64,000 nt of DNA from Candidatus Zymogenaceae bacterium (lineage in GTDB: Bacteria > Desulfobacterota > Zymogenia > Zymogenales > Zymogenaceae). Below the pieces are notes generated by a model. That model made no database searches. It was given only the letters and a program-made list of their open reading frames with translations, and was not told the origin of the DNA. The stretch lies in NCBI GenBank assembly GCA_016933535.1, contig JAFGAS010000025.1, positions 105,145-169,144 of the forward strand, in the 5' to 3' direction. Below, piece after piece: positions 40,018 through 49,903 of the stretch. The translations under genes were made by a program, and so were the position numbers. The first letter of the stretch is position 1; every line of letters begins with the position of its first letter.

Positions 40018-41355
40018 ATGGCATCAGATACAATAAAGACCTATCGGTTCAGGGGGGGGGTGCATCCCCCGGAAGAAAAATTGACAAAATCGATACCGGT
40101 GCGTACGATGCCGATGCCCGATAAGGTCTTCATACCGCTCTCCCAGCACCTCGGGGCTCCGGCCAAACCGATCGTCTCTCCGGGCGACCGGGTCACGGTC
40201 GGCACGAAGATAGCCGACGCCGGGGGATTTGTCTCGGCCCCCGTTCACTCCTCCATATCCGGTGTCGTCAAGGGGATCGTCGATTACCCGCATCCTGCCG
40301 GAAGGAATCTTCCGGCCGTCGAGATCGAGGGTGACGGGACCGATCAACGGGACGGTGCGGTAAAACCCCGTTCGAACCCGATGGATCTCGATCCCGGTCA
40401 AATCAAAGAGATTATCCGGGAGGCGGGTCTCGTGGGAATGGGCGGGGCCACATTTCCCACCCACGTCAAGCTCTCACCCCCGGAGGGCAAGCCGATCGAC
40501 ACCCTCATCATCAACGGCGCCGAGTGTGAGCCGTACCTTACCGCCGACCACCGGCTGATGCTGGATGCCCCCGATCATATCGTAACCGGGGCCGAGCTCA
40601 TGGGGAAGATTCTCGGCGTCCGGCGAATAATTATCGCCGTCGAAAAAAACAAGATGGATGCCGTGGCCGCCCTGAAAAAGGCCGTGCTCGGCGGCGATAC
40701 GGCAGTGGTCGCGCTTGCGGTTAAGTATCCGCAGGGGGCGGAAAAGCAACTCATCAAGGCACTGCTGGATCGCAGCGTCCCTTCCGGCGGCCTGCCGATG
40801 GACGTAAAGGTGGTGGTCCAGAACGTGGGGACGGCCAACGCCGTCTATGAGGCTGTGGCCGAAAACCGCCCCCTCGTCTCGCGCTACTGTTCCGTCACCG
40901 GCCCCGGCATTAAGAATCCCGCAAACCTGGTGCTGCGCATCGGGACCCCTGTTTCGAAGGTCATAGAATACTGCGGCGGCCTTACCCAAGACGTTAGGAA
41001 GGTCATCCTTGGCGGCCCGATGATGGGGATTGCCGTCTGGGACTTTTCCGTCCCCGTCATGAAGGGTACTTCCGGAATACTGGCGTTGACCGAAGAGTAC
41101 CTCGACGAAAACCGGGAAGGGCCGTGCCTGCGCTGCGGCAACTGCGTTCGGGTCTGTCCCATGGGGCTTACCCCCCTCATGTTTGCGCGGCACACGCAGC
41201 TCGGGGCGTTTGATCGGGCTGAGGAGTTCAACGTTATGGACTGTATCGAATGCGGCTGCTGCGCTTATGAATGTCCCGCCCATATACCGCTCGTCCACCT
41301 GGCCAAATACGCCAAGGCCGAGATCCAGGCACGGAGGAGGAAAGCCCAGGGATGA
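40018..41355 (+). CDS. rnfC: Rnf complex subunit C (NADH-binding / 4Fe-4S)
   Basis: 445 aa; C-terminal CLRCGNCVRVCP and CIECGCCAYECP ferredoxin motifs; RnfC-N domain. Confidence 0.9.
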   Translation: MASDTIKTYRFRGGVHPPEEKLTKSIPVRTMPMPDKVFIPLSQHLGAPAKPIVSPGDRVTVGTKIADAGGFVSAPVHSSISGVVKGIVDYPHPAGRNLPAVEIEGDGTDQRDGAVKPRSNPMDLDPGQIKEIIREAGLVGMGGATFPTHVKLSPPEGKPIDTLIINGAECEPYLTADHRLMLDAPDHIVTGAELMGKILGVRRIIIAVEKNKMDAVAALKKAVLGGDTAVVALAVKYPQGAEKQLIKALLDRSVPSGGLPMDVKVVVQNVGTANAVYEAVAENRPLVSRYCSVTGPGIKNPANLVLRIGTPVSKVIEYCGGLTQDVRKVILGGPMMGIAVWDFSVPVMKGTSGILALTEEYLDENREGPCLRCGNCVRVCPMGLTPLMFARHTQLGAFDRAEEFNVMDCIECGCCAYECPAHIPLVHLAKYAKAEIQARRRKAQG

Positions 41356-42347
41356 AAGAGACCTATATCCTGACGACGTCACCCCACATCCACAATGCGG
41401 AATCGATCCCGCGGGTCATGTATTCGGTGGTTATTGCGCTGATCCCGGCGGTCCTCGTATCGATCTACTACTTCGGCGTCTCGGCCCTTATTATCTACCT
41501 GATTTCTATCGCTTCCTGCCTCGTGTTTGAGGCGGCCGCACAGAAGGTGATGGGCCGACCCATCACGATCGGCGACGGAAGCATCATGATTACGGCAATC
41601 CTTCTTGCCATGAACATCCCCTCCACGTCGCCCTGGTGGCTGGTAGTGGTGGGGGCGCTCGTGGCTGTCGTCCTCGGTAAACAGATCTACGGAGGATTGG
41701 GGCACAATCCCTTTAATCCGGTGCTCGTGGCGCGCATACTGCTGCTCATCTCGTTTCCCGTTCAGATGACGGCATGGGTAGAACCGGTTCCCCTCTTTTC
41801 GGGGGTTGACTCCGTCTCGATGGCCACCCCCCTTGGCGACATGAAGACCACCCTCATGCTCAAGGGCCTCATCGATACGTCGCACTTCAGCTATATGGAT
41901 ACCTTCATCGGGTTCGTGGGAGGGAGCCTCGGAGAAACCTCGGTCCTGGCGTTGCTGGTGGGGGGGATCTTCCTGTTAGCAAGACGCGTTATTACCTGGC
42001 ACGTACCGGCAACCTACATCGGTACGGTCTTCGCGCTGACGGGTGTGTTCTGGCTCATAGATCCGACGAAATATGCAAACCCGGTCTTTCACATCCTCTC
42101 GGGGGGATTGATGCTCGGGGCCCTGTTCATGGCCACGGATATGGTTACGTCTCCCGTCTATCCCAGGGGGATGCTGATATTCGGGATCGGGTGCGGGATC
42201 ATTACGGTGCTCATCCGGCTCTTTGGAGGGTATCCCGAGGGCGTGGCGTTTTCAATCCTCCTGATGAATGCCGCCACCCCGCTTATCGACCGATACACCA
42301 CGCCGAAGAAATTCGGCTCTATCGTCCTGGACGAGGCAGCGAAATGA
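41352..42347 (+). CDS. rnfD: Rnf complex subunit D (NqrB-like, FMN-binding membrane subunit)
   Basis: Starts MKETYILTTSPHIH; ATGA overlap with rnfC; multi-TM. Confidence 0.9.
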   Translation: MKETYILTTSPHIHNAESIPRVMYSVVIALIPAVLVSIYYFGVSALIIYLISIASCLVFEAAAQKVMGRPITIGDGSIMITAILLAMNIPSTSPWWLVVVGALVAVVLGKQIYGGLGHNPFNPVLVARILLLISFPVQMTAWVEPVPLFSGVDSVSMATPLGDMKTTLMLKGLIDTSHFSYMDTFIGFVGGSLGETSVLALLVGGIFLLARRVITWHVPATYIGTVFALTGVFWLIDPTKYANPVFHILSGGLMLGALFMATDMVTSPVYPRGMLIFGIGCGIITVLIRLFGGYPEGVAFSILLMNAATPLIDRYTTPKKFGSIVLDEAAK

Positions 42348-42958
42348 AGGAGATTGCACGGCTTATCCTTGTTTTGACGATCATCTGCGTTGTGGCGGCG
42401 GCGTCTCTCTCGGCGATCTATACCATAACCAAGGAGCCCATCGAGAGGGCGGCCAGGGAGGAGAAGCTCTCGGCCATGCGAAAGATCACGCCCGCGTTCA
42501 CCAACGAACCGGACGTCGACAAGGTGACGATCTCCCTCGGCAGAGACAACAAAGGAAACGAGATCGCGCGGGACTACTATATCGCGACCAAAGACAACGC
42601 CGTCGTCGGGATCGATTTTGAGACATCATCGGCCGCCGGATACGGGGGCACGATATACATCATAGTCGGCGTCACGCCAGACGGAATGCTCACCGGTGTC
42701 GAGATTCTCAAACATTCTGAGACGCCCGGCCTGGGCACGAAGGTAACCGCTCCGGCGTGGCTTGCCCAGTTCAAGAATAGGGACCTCGCCAACACGATCT
42801 GGTCGGTGAAAAAGGACGGCGGCGATATCGATTATACGTCGGGTGCCACGATCTCCCCGAGGGCCGTTGTCGCGGCCGTAAAGCAGGGGCTCGAAGATTT
42901 CTCATCTTACAGGGAGGAAATCATGGCCGGGGCACAAACGTTTATCACCACGCAATAG
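42344..42958 (+). CDS. rnfG: Rnf complex subunit G (FMN-binding)
   Basis: N-terminal TM then FMN-binding domain with the SGATIS(P) motif; ATGA overlap with rnfD. Confidence 0.85.
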   Translation: MKEIARLILVLTIICVVAAASLSAIYTITKEPIERAAREEKLSAMRKITPAFTNEPDVDKVTISLGRDNKGNEIARDYYIATKDNAVVGIDFETSSAAGYGGTIYIIVGVTPDGMLTGVEILKHSETPGLGTKVTAPAWLAQFKNRDLANTIWSVKKDGGDIDYTSGATISPRAVVAAVKQGLEDFSSYREEIMAGAQTFITTQ

Positions 42959-42976
42959 GACTCGTAAGGTCGTATC

Positions 42977-43579
42977 ATGGCTGACTTCAAAGATTTTACC
43001 AAGGGGATATGGTCCGAGAACCCGGTCTTTAAGATCGTGTTGGGGATGTGTCCCGTACTCGCGGTGACCACCGCCGCCGAAAACGGCGTGGGTATGGGCC
43101 TGGCCACTACGTTTGTCCTGGTATGCTCTAATATCGTGGTATCCGGCGTGCGTACGGTAATTCCCGACAAGGTCCGCCTTCCGGCCTTCATTGTGATCAT
43201 TGCCTCGTTTGTGACCATCGTCGATCTGGTCATGAACGGGTTTTTCCATCAGCTCCATAAGGTCCTCGGAATCTTCATTCCGCTGATTGTCGTCAACTGC
43301 ATCATCCTCGGCCGGGCCGAGGCGTTTGCCTCCAAGAACTCGATTGCCTCCTCGGCCCTCGACGGGCTGGGGATGGGGGTCGGTTTTACGCTTTCCCTGG
43401 TGGTTCTGGGCAGTATTCGGGAGGCCCTCGGCAACGGCACGATCTTCGGGGTCTCTCTCTTCGGGCAGGGGTTCGTCCCGATGCTTGTCATGATTCTGCC
43501 ACCCGGTGCTTTCGTCACCCTCGGACTGCTGCTGGGGGTCATGAACAGGATCGAACAGGCAAGGGACAAGAAACCCTGA
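42977..43579 (+). CDS. rnfE: Rnf complex subunit E
   Basis: 200-aa RnfE/NqrD-family membrane protein. Confidence 0.9.
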   Translation: MADFKDFTKGIWSENPVFKIVLGMCPVLAVTTAAENGVGMGLATTFVLVCSNIVVSGVRTVIPDKVRLPAFIVIIASFVTIVDLVMNGFFHQLHKVLGIFIPLIVVNCIILGRAEAFASKNSIASSALDGLGMGVGFTLSLVVLGSIREALGNGTIFGVSLFGQGFVPMLVMILPPGAFVTLGLLLGVMNRIEQARDKKP

Positions 43580-43624
43580 CGGGGCCGTGCCCGTTCTCCG
43601 GTTGGGATTGCCCGGAGCCTCGGG

Positions 43625-43655
43625 CAAAAAAAATGGGATACGCGTTCGGTATCCC
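43625..43655 (-). terminator. Intrinsic terminator on the minus strand (7-bp stem gggatac/gtatccc, 7-nt loop, T8 tract) in the rnfE-dut spacer
   Basis: Minus strand reads gggataccgaacgcgtatccc followed by atttttttt; no annotated minus-strand gene ends here. Confidence 0.4.
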
Positions 43656-43874
43656 AATAAAGGAGGTAATTTATGTTCTGCCTCCTTTATATCACCTCAA
43701 AATTAAAACAGTCTTAAACCAGTATTAAAATACGATTAACTATTCGATCGAAAATCATCTTTCCGGCCGATAAAAGGCCACGTGTCGGACATCGCCTTTC
43801 CGCCCTTATAAGAAGGCGGAAAGAGAATATCCCCTGTTTTTGTTTTGGATACCATTTTTTATTGTGGCGTGAAA

Positions 43875-44321
43875 ATGACCGCGATTACCATACCCATTAA
43901 ACGGGTCGACGGGTACGAGGGGGAGCTTCCCCGGCCGATCAGCCCGGGTTCGGCGGGACTCGACCTGACGGCCCACCTTGCCGCCCCGCTGGAGATAGAG
44001 CCCGGGGGACGACGGCTTATCCCCGCGGGGATCGCGCTGGCCATTCCCGCCGGCTTCGAGGGCCAGGTTCGTCCGAGGAGCGGGCTTGCCCTTCGCCACG
44101 GGGTGACCGTGCTCAACAGCCCCGGTACGATCGACAGCGACTATCGGGGGCAGGTACAGATAATCCTTGTCAACCTGGGGGCCGATCCCTTTGTCGTGAA
44201 ACCCGGCGATCGGATCGCTCAGCTGGTGATCGCGCCGCTGGCGGCCGTTCGGTGGCAGGAGACCAATGACCTGCCCGAGACCGGCCGGGGGGAAGGGGGG
44301 TTCGGGCACTCGGGTAAGTGA
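43875..44321 (+). CDS. dut: dUTP diphosphatase
   Basis: Conserved Dut motifs (AGLDL, RSGLA, GTIDSDYRG, GDRIAQL); start may be 30 nt upstream at 43845. Confidence 0.85.
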   Translation: MTAITIPIKRVDGYEGELPRPISPGSAGLDLTAHLAAPLEIEPGGRRLIPAGIALAIPAGFEGQVRPRSGLALRHGVTVLNSPGTIDSDYRGQVQIILVNLGADPFVVKPGDRIAQLVIAPLAAVRWQETNDLPETGRGEGGFGHSGK

Positions 44322-44450
44322 AGAGACGGCCGAGGAAGGTGTTTAACGGCGCCCCTTTCGGGAAGAAGAAAGACGGTCAGGGCAGGATCAAGGAATGAGA
44401 GGGCGGTTGGACGATCTCGGTAGGCCTTGCCGAAAACCGGGGGCTCTCGA

Positions 44451-45227
44451 TCAGAGCTGCTTTTCGAAAAATTCAAGGACGGTCTTTGCCACCAGCTCCT
44501 TTTCCACGTCGACCGTGATGGTGTGGTACGACCGCTGGAGCATCACCTTTTCCTTGACGGCCGAGGAGACCCCGCCGTAGATGATGTCGGCGCTGCGGTG
44601 CGCCACGACGGTATCGTTGACCGACTGCATGATGAGCAGGGGATCTTCAACCATGGGAAGGTGGGTTCGTACCCGTTTCATCAGGCGGAGGATCGATACC
44701 GCCGCGATCACGGAATCCCGCTCGTAACAGACGTGGGTACGCCCGCCCGGCAGCGCCACGTCGGCGACGGCCTTGGGCAGGTCGGGGATCAGGTATTTCA
44801 ACCCCGTTACGCCGGCTACCGGAAGCAGACAGCGCGCCTTCCAGTCGGAAAATGCCATCGGGGTGGCAAGGGCCGCCCCGCCCGTGATACGTCCGAACTT
44901 ATTTGCCATCAGCGAAAGACAGAGCAGCCCCCCCATAGACATCCCCGCGATAAAGACCTTTGGGAAATGGGCCGAGAGGGCCAGGAAGTCGATCTCCGCC
45001 CGCCCGAACCAGTCGCGCCACGTCGTTTTGTTGAGGTCCTTGATATCGGTCCCATGGCCGGGAAGAAGCGGCGCGCGGACGTGATAGCCCGCCCGGTGGA
45101 GGTACTCCCCGAGAAACCGCATCTCTGAGGGGGTTCCGGTGAGGCCGTGCAGCAGCAAGACGGCCTTATCCTTACCGGCAAGCTCGAAGGGCTCGGCCCC
45201 GGCCATTACGCGGGGGGGGGTGTTCAT
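44451..45227 (-). CDS. Alpha/beta hydrolase (carboxylesterase / lysophospholipase-like)
   Basis: HGLTG and GMSMGG nucleophile-elbow motifs; 258 aa. Confidence 0.7.
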   Translation of the reverse strand: MNTPPRVMAGAEPFELAGKDKAVLLLHGLTGTPSEMRFLGEYLHRAGYHVRAPLLPGHGTDIKDLNKTTWRDWFGRAEIDFLALSAHFPKVFIAGMSMGGLLCLSLMANKFGRITGGAALATPMAFSDWKARCLLPVAGVTGLKYLIPDLPKAVADVALPGGRTHVCYERDSVIAAVSILRLMKRVRTHLPMVEDPLLIMQSVNDTVVAHRSADIIYGGVSSAVKEKVMLQRSYHTITVDVEKELVAKTVLEFFEKQL

Positions 45228-45243
45228 GGTCTCTCCCTTATGA

Positions 45244-45795
45244 TCAGGTCAACAGGAGCTTCGTTTTAACAGTGCCGTCGTGTCCGGGGGGCAGTAGAGA
45301 CCCGCCGTCCGGGGCCTCGAGGGCAATGACCCGGCTCTCTTTCCAGGGGCGTTCCGGTTCCCAGTCCAGGATGCAGATGACCGGCCTTTCGGTGAACCAA
45401 CCGCCGCTGCAAGCCCCGGGCCGGCAGCCGCCGGGCATGGCGTTGGCGAGGTCGGCGTGGAGCACCACCAGCAGCCCCTCGCAGGGGTAGTCGGCCAGCG
45501 CCCGAAAGAGCTGATCCGGCTCCATCGGGTCTTTGGCGGCCATCAACCGGGGATCGGTATCCAGCCGCCGGAGCTTTTCGCCTGAGAGCGTCCCGAGGAT
45601 GACGAGGGCCGTCTGAACGCAGCGAACCGCCGGCGAAGAGACGGCCTTCTTCACCCGCCATGATTCTCCCATGACGCCCCCTATCCGGGCTGCGGCTCGC
45701 TCCGCGGACAAAATCCCCTCATCGGTGAGCGGGCGAGGAGCCGCCTCGGAGGCCTCGGCATGGGTGACCAGCACAATCCTCACGATAGATCCCAA
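45244..45795 (-). CDS. Histidine phosphatase family protein (SixA/PGM-like), divergent
   Basis: N-terminal VLVTHAEA in the position of the RHG motif, followed by a phosphoglycerate-mutase-like fold; weak. Confidence 0.4.
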   Translation of the reverse strand: MGSIVRIVLVTHAEASEAAPRPLTDEGILSAERAAARIGGVMGESWRVKKAVSSPAVRCVQTALVILGTLSGEKLRRLDTDPRLMAAKDPMEPDQLFRALADYPCEGLLVVLHADLANAMPGGCRPGACSGGWFTERPVICILDWEPERPWKESRVIALEAPDGGSLLPPGHDGTVKTKLLLT

Positions 45796-45813
45796 ACGGG
45801 CGTTTTGGACGCC

Positions 45814-46620
45814 CTACTTTTTGCCCGCCGTGCTCGCGGTGAAATTCTTGACCATCTCGAAGAAGGTCCCCGAAAAGACCATGATCGTCTGATTCCGGTT
45901 TTCGAAATTCATGGCGACCTCGAGGCTCGGGGCGTCGATGTTCTGGTCAAGGGCCCGCTTGGTAAACTTGAGGGCGGCCCCGGACTTGGCGAGCATGGGT
46001 TTAGCGATCTCGACGGCAGCCTCCATCAGCTTATCGACCGGCACGACCTTTTTTACCAGGCCGATCTTCTCGGCCTCATCGGCCCGTACCTTCCGGCCGG
46101 AATAGAGAATATCGGCGGCCGCCGAAAGCCCTATAAGGCGCGGCAGCAGGTAGGAGGAGCCGAGCTCTCCACCAGAAAGGCCGATGTTGATGAACGAGGC
46201 CACGAACAGCGCCTCGGGTGCGGCTATGCGGACGTCGGCCGCCAGCGCGATACAGAAACCGCCGCCAGCCGCGGGGCCGTTGACCGCGGCAATCACGGGC
46301 TGGGGGATCTTCCTGAATCCCTGGATTATGGAGCCGTAGCGCTCCTGAACGAGCTTGATGAAACGCTCGGGGTCCTTGAAGTGGTCAGTCTTTTCGTGGG
46401 TGACCGCGGCCATGAGGTCCGCGCCCGCGCAGAAGCCGCGGCCGGCGCCGGTGATGATAACGACCTTGATCGATTCGTCCTCGTTGAGGAGCCGAAAGAG
46501 ATTGTCAAATTCATCCAGCATGTCCGGACCGATGGCGTTGAGGGAATCGGGCCGATTGAGGGTGATGAGCATGAGTCCCGGTTCGGGACGGGTCAGCAGC
46601 ATTGTGGTGAACTTTTCCAT
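45814..46620 (-). CDS. Enoyl-CoA hydratase/isomerase (crotonase) family protein
   Basis: 268 aa; GAGRGFCAGADL and NGPAAGGGFCIALAAD motifs. Confidence 0.8.
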   Translation of the reverse strand: MEKFTTMLLTRPEPGLMLITLNRPDSLNAIGPDMLDEFDNLFRLLNEDESIKVVIITGAGRGFCAGADLMAAVTHEKTDHFKDPERFIKLVQERYGSIIQGFRKIPQPVIAAVNGPAAGGGFCIALAADVRIAAPEALFVASFINIGLSGGELGSSYLLPRLIGLSAAADILYSGRKVRADEAEKIGLVKKVVPVDKLMEAAVEIAKPMLAKSGAALKFTKRALDQNIDAPSLEVAMNFENRNQTIMVFSGTFFEMVKNFTASTAGKK

Positions 46621-46622
46621 AG

Positions 46623-47729
46623 CTATCCAACTTCCTTTAGTGAGTAATCGCGTGAGCCCAAGCCTAATTTTTCGGCGTGGGAGAGCTGAATGGACCAGTC
46701 AATTTGGGGATAGACGCCCCGGAATTTGTCACCGCCGGGTGCAAGGCCGTCTTTTAGGGCCGTGCCCTCGATACCCGGTGCGGCGTTTACGAGGTCCACG
46801 GACGCCTGGTCGACGGCTACGGGGTCGGCCGATGCTGTGATCCCTATATCGGGGACGATGAAGGGATTGGAGAATCCGTAGCAGTCGCACTCGGGGGTGA
46901 CGCTGGTGATGACGTTGAAAAAAAACGACGTCTTTTCCTTACCGGCCATTACCCCGAGGCAATATTCGGACATCTTTTTCTGGAACGACTGGGTCGATTC
47001 GTTCCAGACGATTTGAATGGACCCCGTGGGACAGGTGAGGATGCATTGGCCGCACCCGATGCAGGTCTCGGGATTGATAGAGGCCGTCTCATTGACTTCT
47101 ATGGCGTCGGCGGCGCACGTGAGGGTGCAGTCGCCGCAGCCGGTGCAGGTCTTTGTCCGCACACGCGGCGAGACGCTCGAGTGCTGGGCGAGTTTTCCCA
47201 TTCTTCCCGCGGACCCCATCCCGAGGTTCTTGAGGGTGCCGCCGAATCCCGACAGCTCGTGCCCCTTGAAGTGGGAGACCGAGATTAACCCGTCTGCCTT
47301 GACGATATCGGCGCCGATGTGGGCGTGATCGAGGATCTCTCCCTTTATGGGGACGCTTATTGCGTTGTCGCCCCGCAGTCCGTCTGCTATGATGATGGGC
47401 GCCCCGACTGCCTCCGGCGTGAATCCGTGATCATGGGCGGTCATGAGGTGGTGCGCCGAGTGGCCCCTCGACCCGACGTAGAGCGTATTGCAGTCGGTGA
47501 CAAACGGGATGCCTCCGGCTGCCTTCACGGCGTCTACCACCGGCCTGATAAAAGAGGGTCTGACGTAGGCGGTGTTTCCCTTCTCCCCGAAGTGGACTTT
47601 AACGGCCACGAGCGCCCGTTCGGCCGCCCTGTCGCCGATGCCGACGGCCTGGATAAGCCGGCCGAATTTTTGCAAGAAATCCGGCTCGGAGAGCCCTGCG
47701 ATATCTGCAAACCAGACGGTTTCGGACAT
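46623..47729 (-). CDS. DUF362-domain protein with an embedded 2x[4Fe-4S] ferredoxin module
   Basis: CTGCGDCTLTCA and CIGCGQCILTCP cluster motifs within a DUF362-like scaffold. Confidence 0.6.
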   Translation of the reverse strand: MSETVWFADIAGLSEPDFLQKFGRLIQAVGIGDRAAERALVAVKVHFGEKGNTAYVRPSFIRPVVDAVKAAGGIPFVTDCNTLYVGSRGHSAHHLMTAHDHGFTPEAVGAPIIIADGLRGDNAISVPIKGEILDHAHIGADIVKADGLISVSHFKGHELSGFGGTLKNLGMGSAGRMGKLAQHSSVSPRVRTKTCTGCGDCTLTCAADAIEVNETASINPETCIGCGQCILTCPTGSIQIVWNESTQSFQKKMSEYCLGVMAGKEKTSFFFNVITSVTPECDCYGFSNPFIVPDIGITASADPVAVDQASVDLVNAAPGIEGTALKDGLAPGGDKFRGVYPQIDWSIQLSHAEKLGLGSRDYSLKEVG

Positions 47730-47848
47730 GAACGTAACCTGACCAAATAAAAAAACATTATCGTCGATAGGCCGGCTAAAGTCAATACGTGAGTGGATGG
47801 TTTTTGTTTTATTTTCACGTCCTGCTCTGATATAATGAAAAGTAGGAA

Positions 47849-48298
47849 GTGAGCAGTATGATCATTGAGATCGGAAAGGTCATCGAGATAAAGGACGGAG
47901 GTGCCGTTGTCCTCGTCTCACGAAGCGCGGCGTGCGCGGGGTGCGCCTCAAAGAATGCGTGCCATGCGTTCGGGTCAAAGAGCGAGGCCCGGATCATTGT
48001 CGATAACCCTATCGGGGCCGTGATCGATGATACGGTGGAGATCGGCGTTCGGGAAGGGGGACTTGTGGCGGCCTCGTTTATCGTCTATATCCTGCCTGTC
48101 GCGGCGCTGTTCGTCGGGGCGGGACTGGGCACCTGGATCGCCGGGATGATCGGCATCCCCGTCGGCGGAATCTCGGCCTTCATGGGGCTCCTGTTTTTGG
48201 GGGTGGGGTTTGTTGCCATCCGTCTTATGGATCCGTACCTGAAAAAGAAGAATACGCTTATGCCCCGGATTATACGGATCGTGGAGGAGTGCCGGTGA
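47849..48298 (+). CDS. RseC/MucC-family protein (SoxR-reducing system / sigma-E regulator family)
   Basis: N-terminal Cys-rich segment (CAGCASKNAC) followed by two TM helices; size and pattern match the RseC family. Confidence 0.55.
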   Translation: MSSMIIEIGKVIEIKDGGAVVLVSRSAACAGCASKNACHAFGSKSEARIIVDNPIGAVIDDTVEIGVREGGLVAASFIVYILPVAALFVGAGLGTWIAGMIGIPVGGISAFMGLLFLGVGFVAIRLMDPYLKKKNTLMPRIIRIVEECR

Positions 48299-48762
48299 AA
48301 AAGGACGCGGGTGTAAAGGTCGTGACCGCAAACAAGAAGGCCCGGGCCGACTACTTCATCGAGGACACCTTCGAGGCGGGTATGGCGCTCATGGGCACGG
48401 AGGTCAAGTCGCTGAGGGAAGGGCGGGCCAACCTGAAGGACTCCTACGCCCGGGAAAAGGACGGACGGATCGTGCTGGTGGGGGCCCATATCAGCCCGTA
48501 CCCCTTCGGCAACCGGGTCAACCACGAGCCGGAGCGGGAGCGCCAGCTGTTGCTGCACAAGCAGGAGATAAGGCGCCTGGTGATAAAGACGCGGGAGCGG
48601 GGCTATACCCTCGTGCCGCTGGCGATCTACTTCAAGAACGGAAGGGCAAAGCTTGAAATCGGGCTGGGCAAGGGCAAGGCGCAATACGACAAGCGAGAAG
48701 CGATAAAGAAACGGGAGCAGGACCGGGAGATGCAGCGGGCCATCCGGGGAAGAGGCAGGTAG
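48295..48762 (+). CDS. smpB: SsrA-binding protein SmpB
   Basis: Canonical SmpB sequence (ARADYFIEDTFEAG...VKSLREG...LLLHKQE); GGAGGA RBS upstream of the GTG start. Confidence 0.9.
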   Translation: MKKDAGVKVVTANKKARADYFIEDTFEAGMALMGTEVKSLREGRANLKDSYAREKDGRIVLVGAHISPYPFGNRVNHEPERERQLLLHKQEIRRLVIKTRERGYTLVPLAIYFKNGRAKLEIGLGKGKAQYDKREAIKKREQDREMQRAIRGRGR

Positions 48763-48907
48763 GAAAGGGTTCTAACCCTTCCCTACGGCGGCCGTGCAGT
48801 TGGGGCCGCCGTTTAAAGCCCGATCGGACTTGATTATTTTTAGGAGACATGATATATTACCTGAGCAGAGAAAGTATCGACCGTAACGGTAAATTACCAA
48901 CACAAAG

Positions 48908-49264
48908 GGGGGCGATAAGGGTTCGACGGGGATATTTTGATCTCGATGCTGCATGCCGGGGAGCCTCACCTACCCGTTAATCATGGTGGGAATAAACACA
49001 AGCGCAGAAAATTACGACTACGCTCTAGCCGCTTAAGTCGGCTAGTGTCCGCTCGGTTCCGCTCCTGCCGGGGCCGAAACGGGCATGACCAATGCGGGAT
49101 AAGCCGATCATAACTTCCGGGGTGATCGGACGAAAATAAACGGAATCCCCTCATAAAGACCCCGCCGTTGGGGGCTTGTGAGGTGGTACAAAACGACGGC
49201 TGAGCATGGAGTATGTATCGGGTGAAGATCTTCGGACGCGGGTTCGATTCCCGCCGCCTCCACC
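48908..49264 (+). ncRNA. ssrA: tmRNA (SsrA), 357 nt, tag reading frame (A)ENYDYALAA-stop
   Basis: 5' GGGGGCGAUAAGGGUUCGACGGGG and 3' GGACGCGGGUUCGAUUCCCGCCGCCUCCACCA form a tRNA-Ala-like acceptor/T-arm; internal ORF gca gaa aat tac gac tac gct cta gcc gct taa at 49004-49036; directly downstream of smpB. Confidence 0.85.
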
Positions 49265-49395
49265 AAAAATGATACCCACGCAAACGGATTTTGCGTGGGG
49301 CCCGACAGAGAGAAAGAGAAGGACGCGGTATATGAAGCGTTTTTACCTATGCAGTCTTAGGGACGGCATAGGTACCCCTGCGGAAATCTGAAAAT

Positions 49396-49833
49396 ATGAC
49401 TGATTTCCTTCAAATATTCCTTTCTGTTTTGGCACTTCTTGGTATTGGCAGTATTGCAGGTGGGTACATAGCCTATATCCTCGACAAAAAGAAAGAACGT
49501 GAATTTAAGGTATTAGAGCAGAAGGAAAAGAGGTATAAATCCTGTCTCCTATATATGGATGCTTTTTTTGAGCCGAAGAATATAAAGTAGCTTTCCAGCC
49601 GACAACCAGATATAAACAGCGCGCAAGATATTATCGAGTATCTCAAGATGGAATTCCATGAGATGATACTCTATGCTTCAAAGGACGTTATATTTTCCGT
49701 TAAGAACTTCATCGAGAATCCCACCTATAATAACTTCCTGAAGACAATTATTACGATGCGGAAGGATTTGTCGACAGAGAAGGATAATCTTGACTTAAAG
49801 GAAATCGGACTGAAATTGAAATCGATGCGCTAG
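49396..49833 (+). pseudogene. AT-rich ORF of about 145 codons interrupted by a single in-frame TAG at 49588-49590; N-terminal TM helix; unknown function
   Basis: ORFs 49396-49590 and 49648-49833 share one frame with no other stop between them; GC content far below the genome background; immediately 3' of tmRNA. Confidence 0.3.
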
Positions 49834-49903
49834 CTTATTTATAAACAGTCAGAGTTCTTTAAGAAGTCACTAGGATGTTCGACGGGCTCCTTAAGACAGA
49901 CAA

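Noticed and set aside
49265-49400. Looked for an integrase gene and a direct repeat of the tmRNA 3' end downstream of ssrA to define a genomic island
   Set aside because: No tyrosine-recombinase-like ORF anywhere in 49265-53500 and no copy of ttcgattcccgccgcctccacca found. Only a 10-nt match (gttcgacggg at about 49876) to the tmRNA 5' region, which is within chance expectation.
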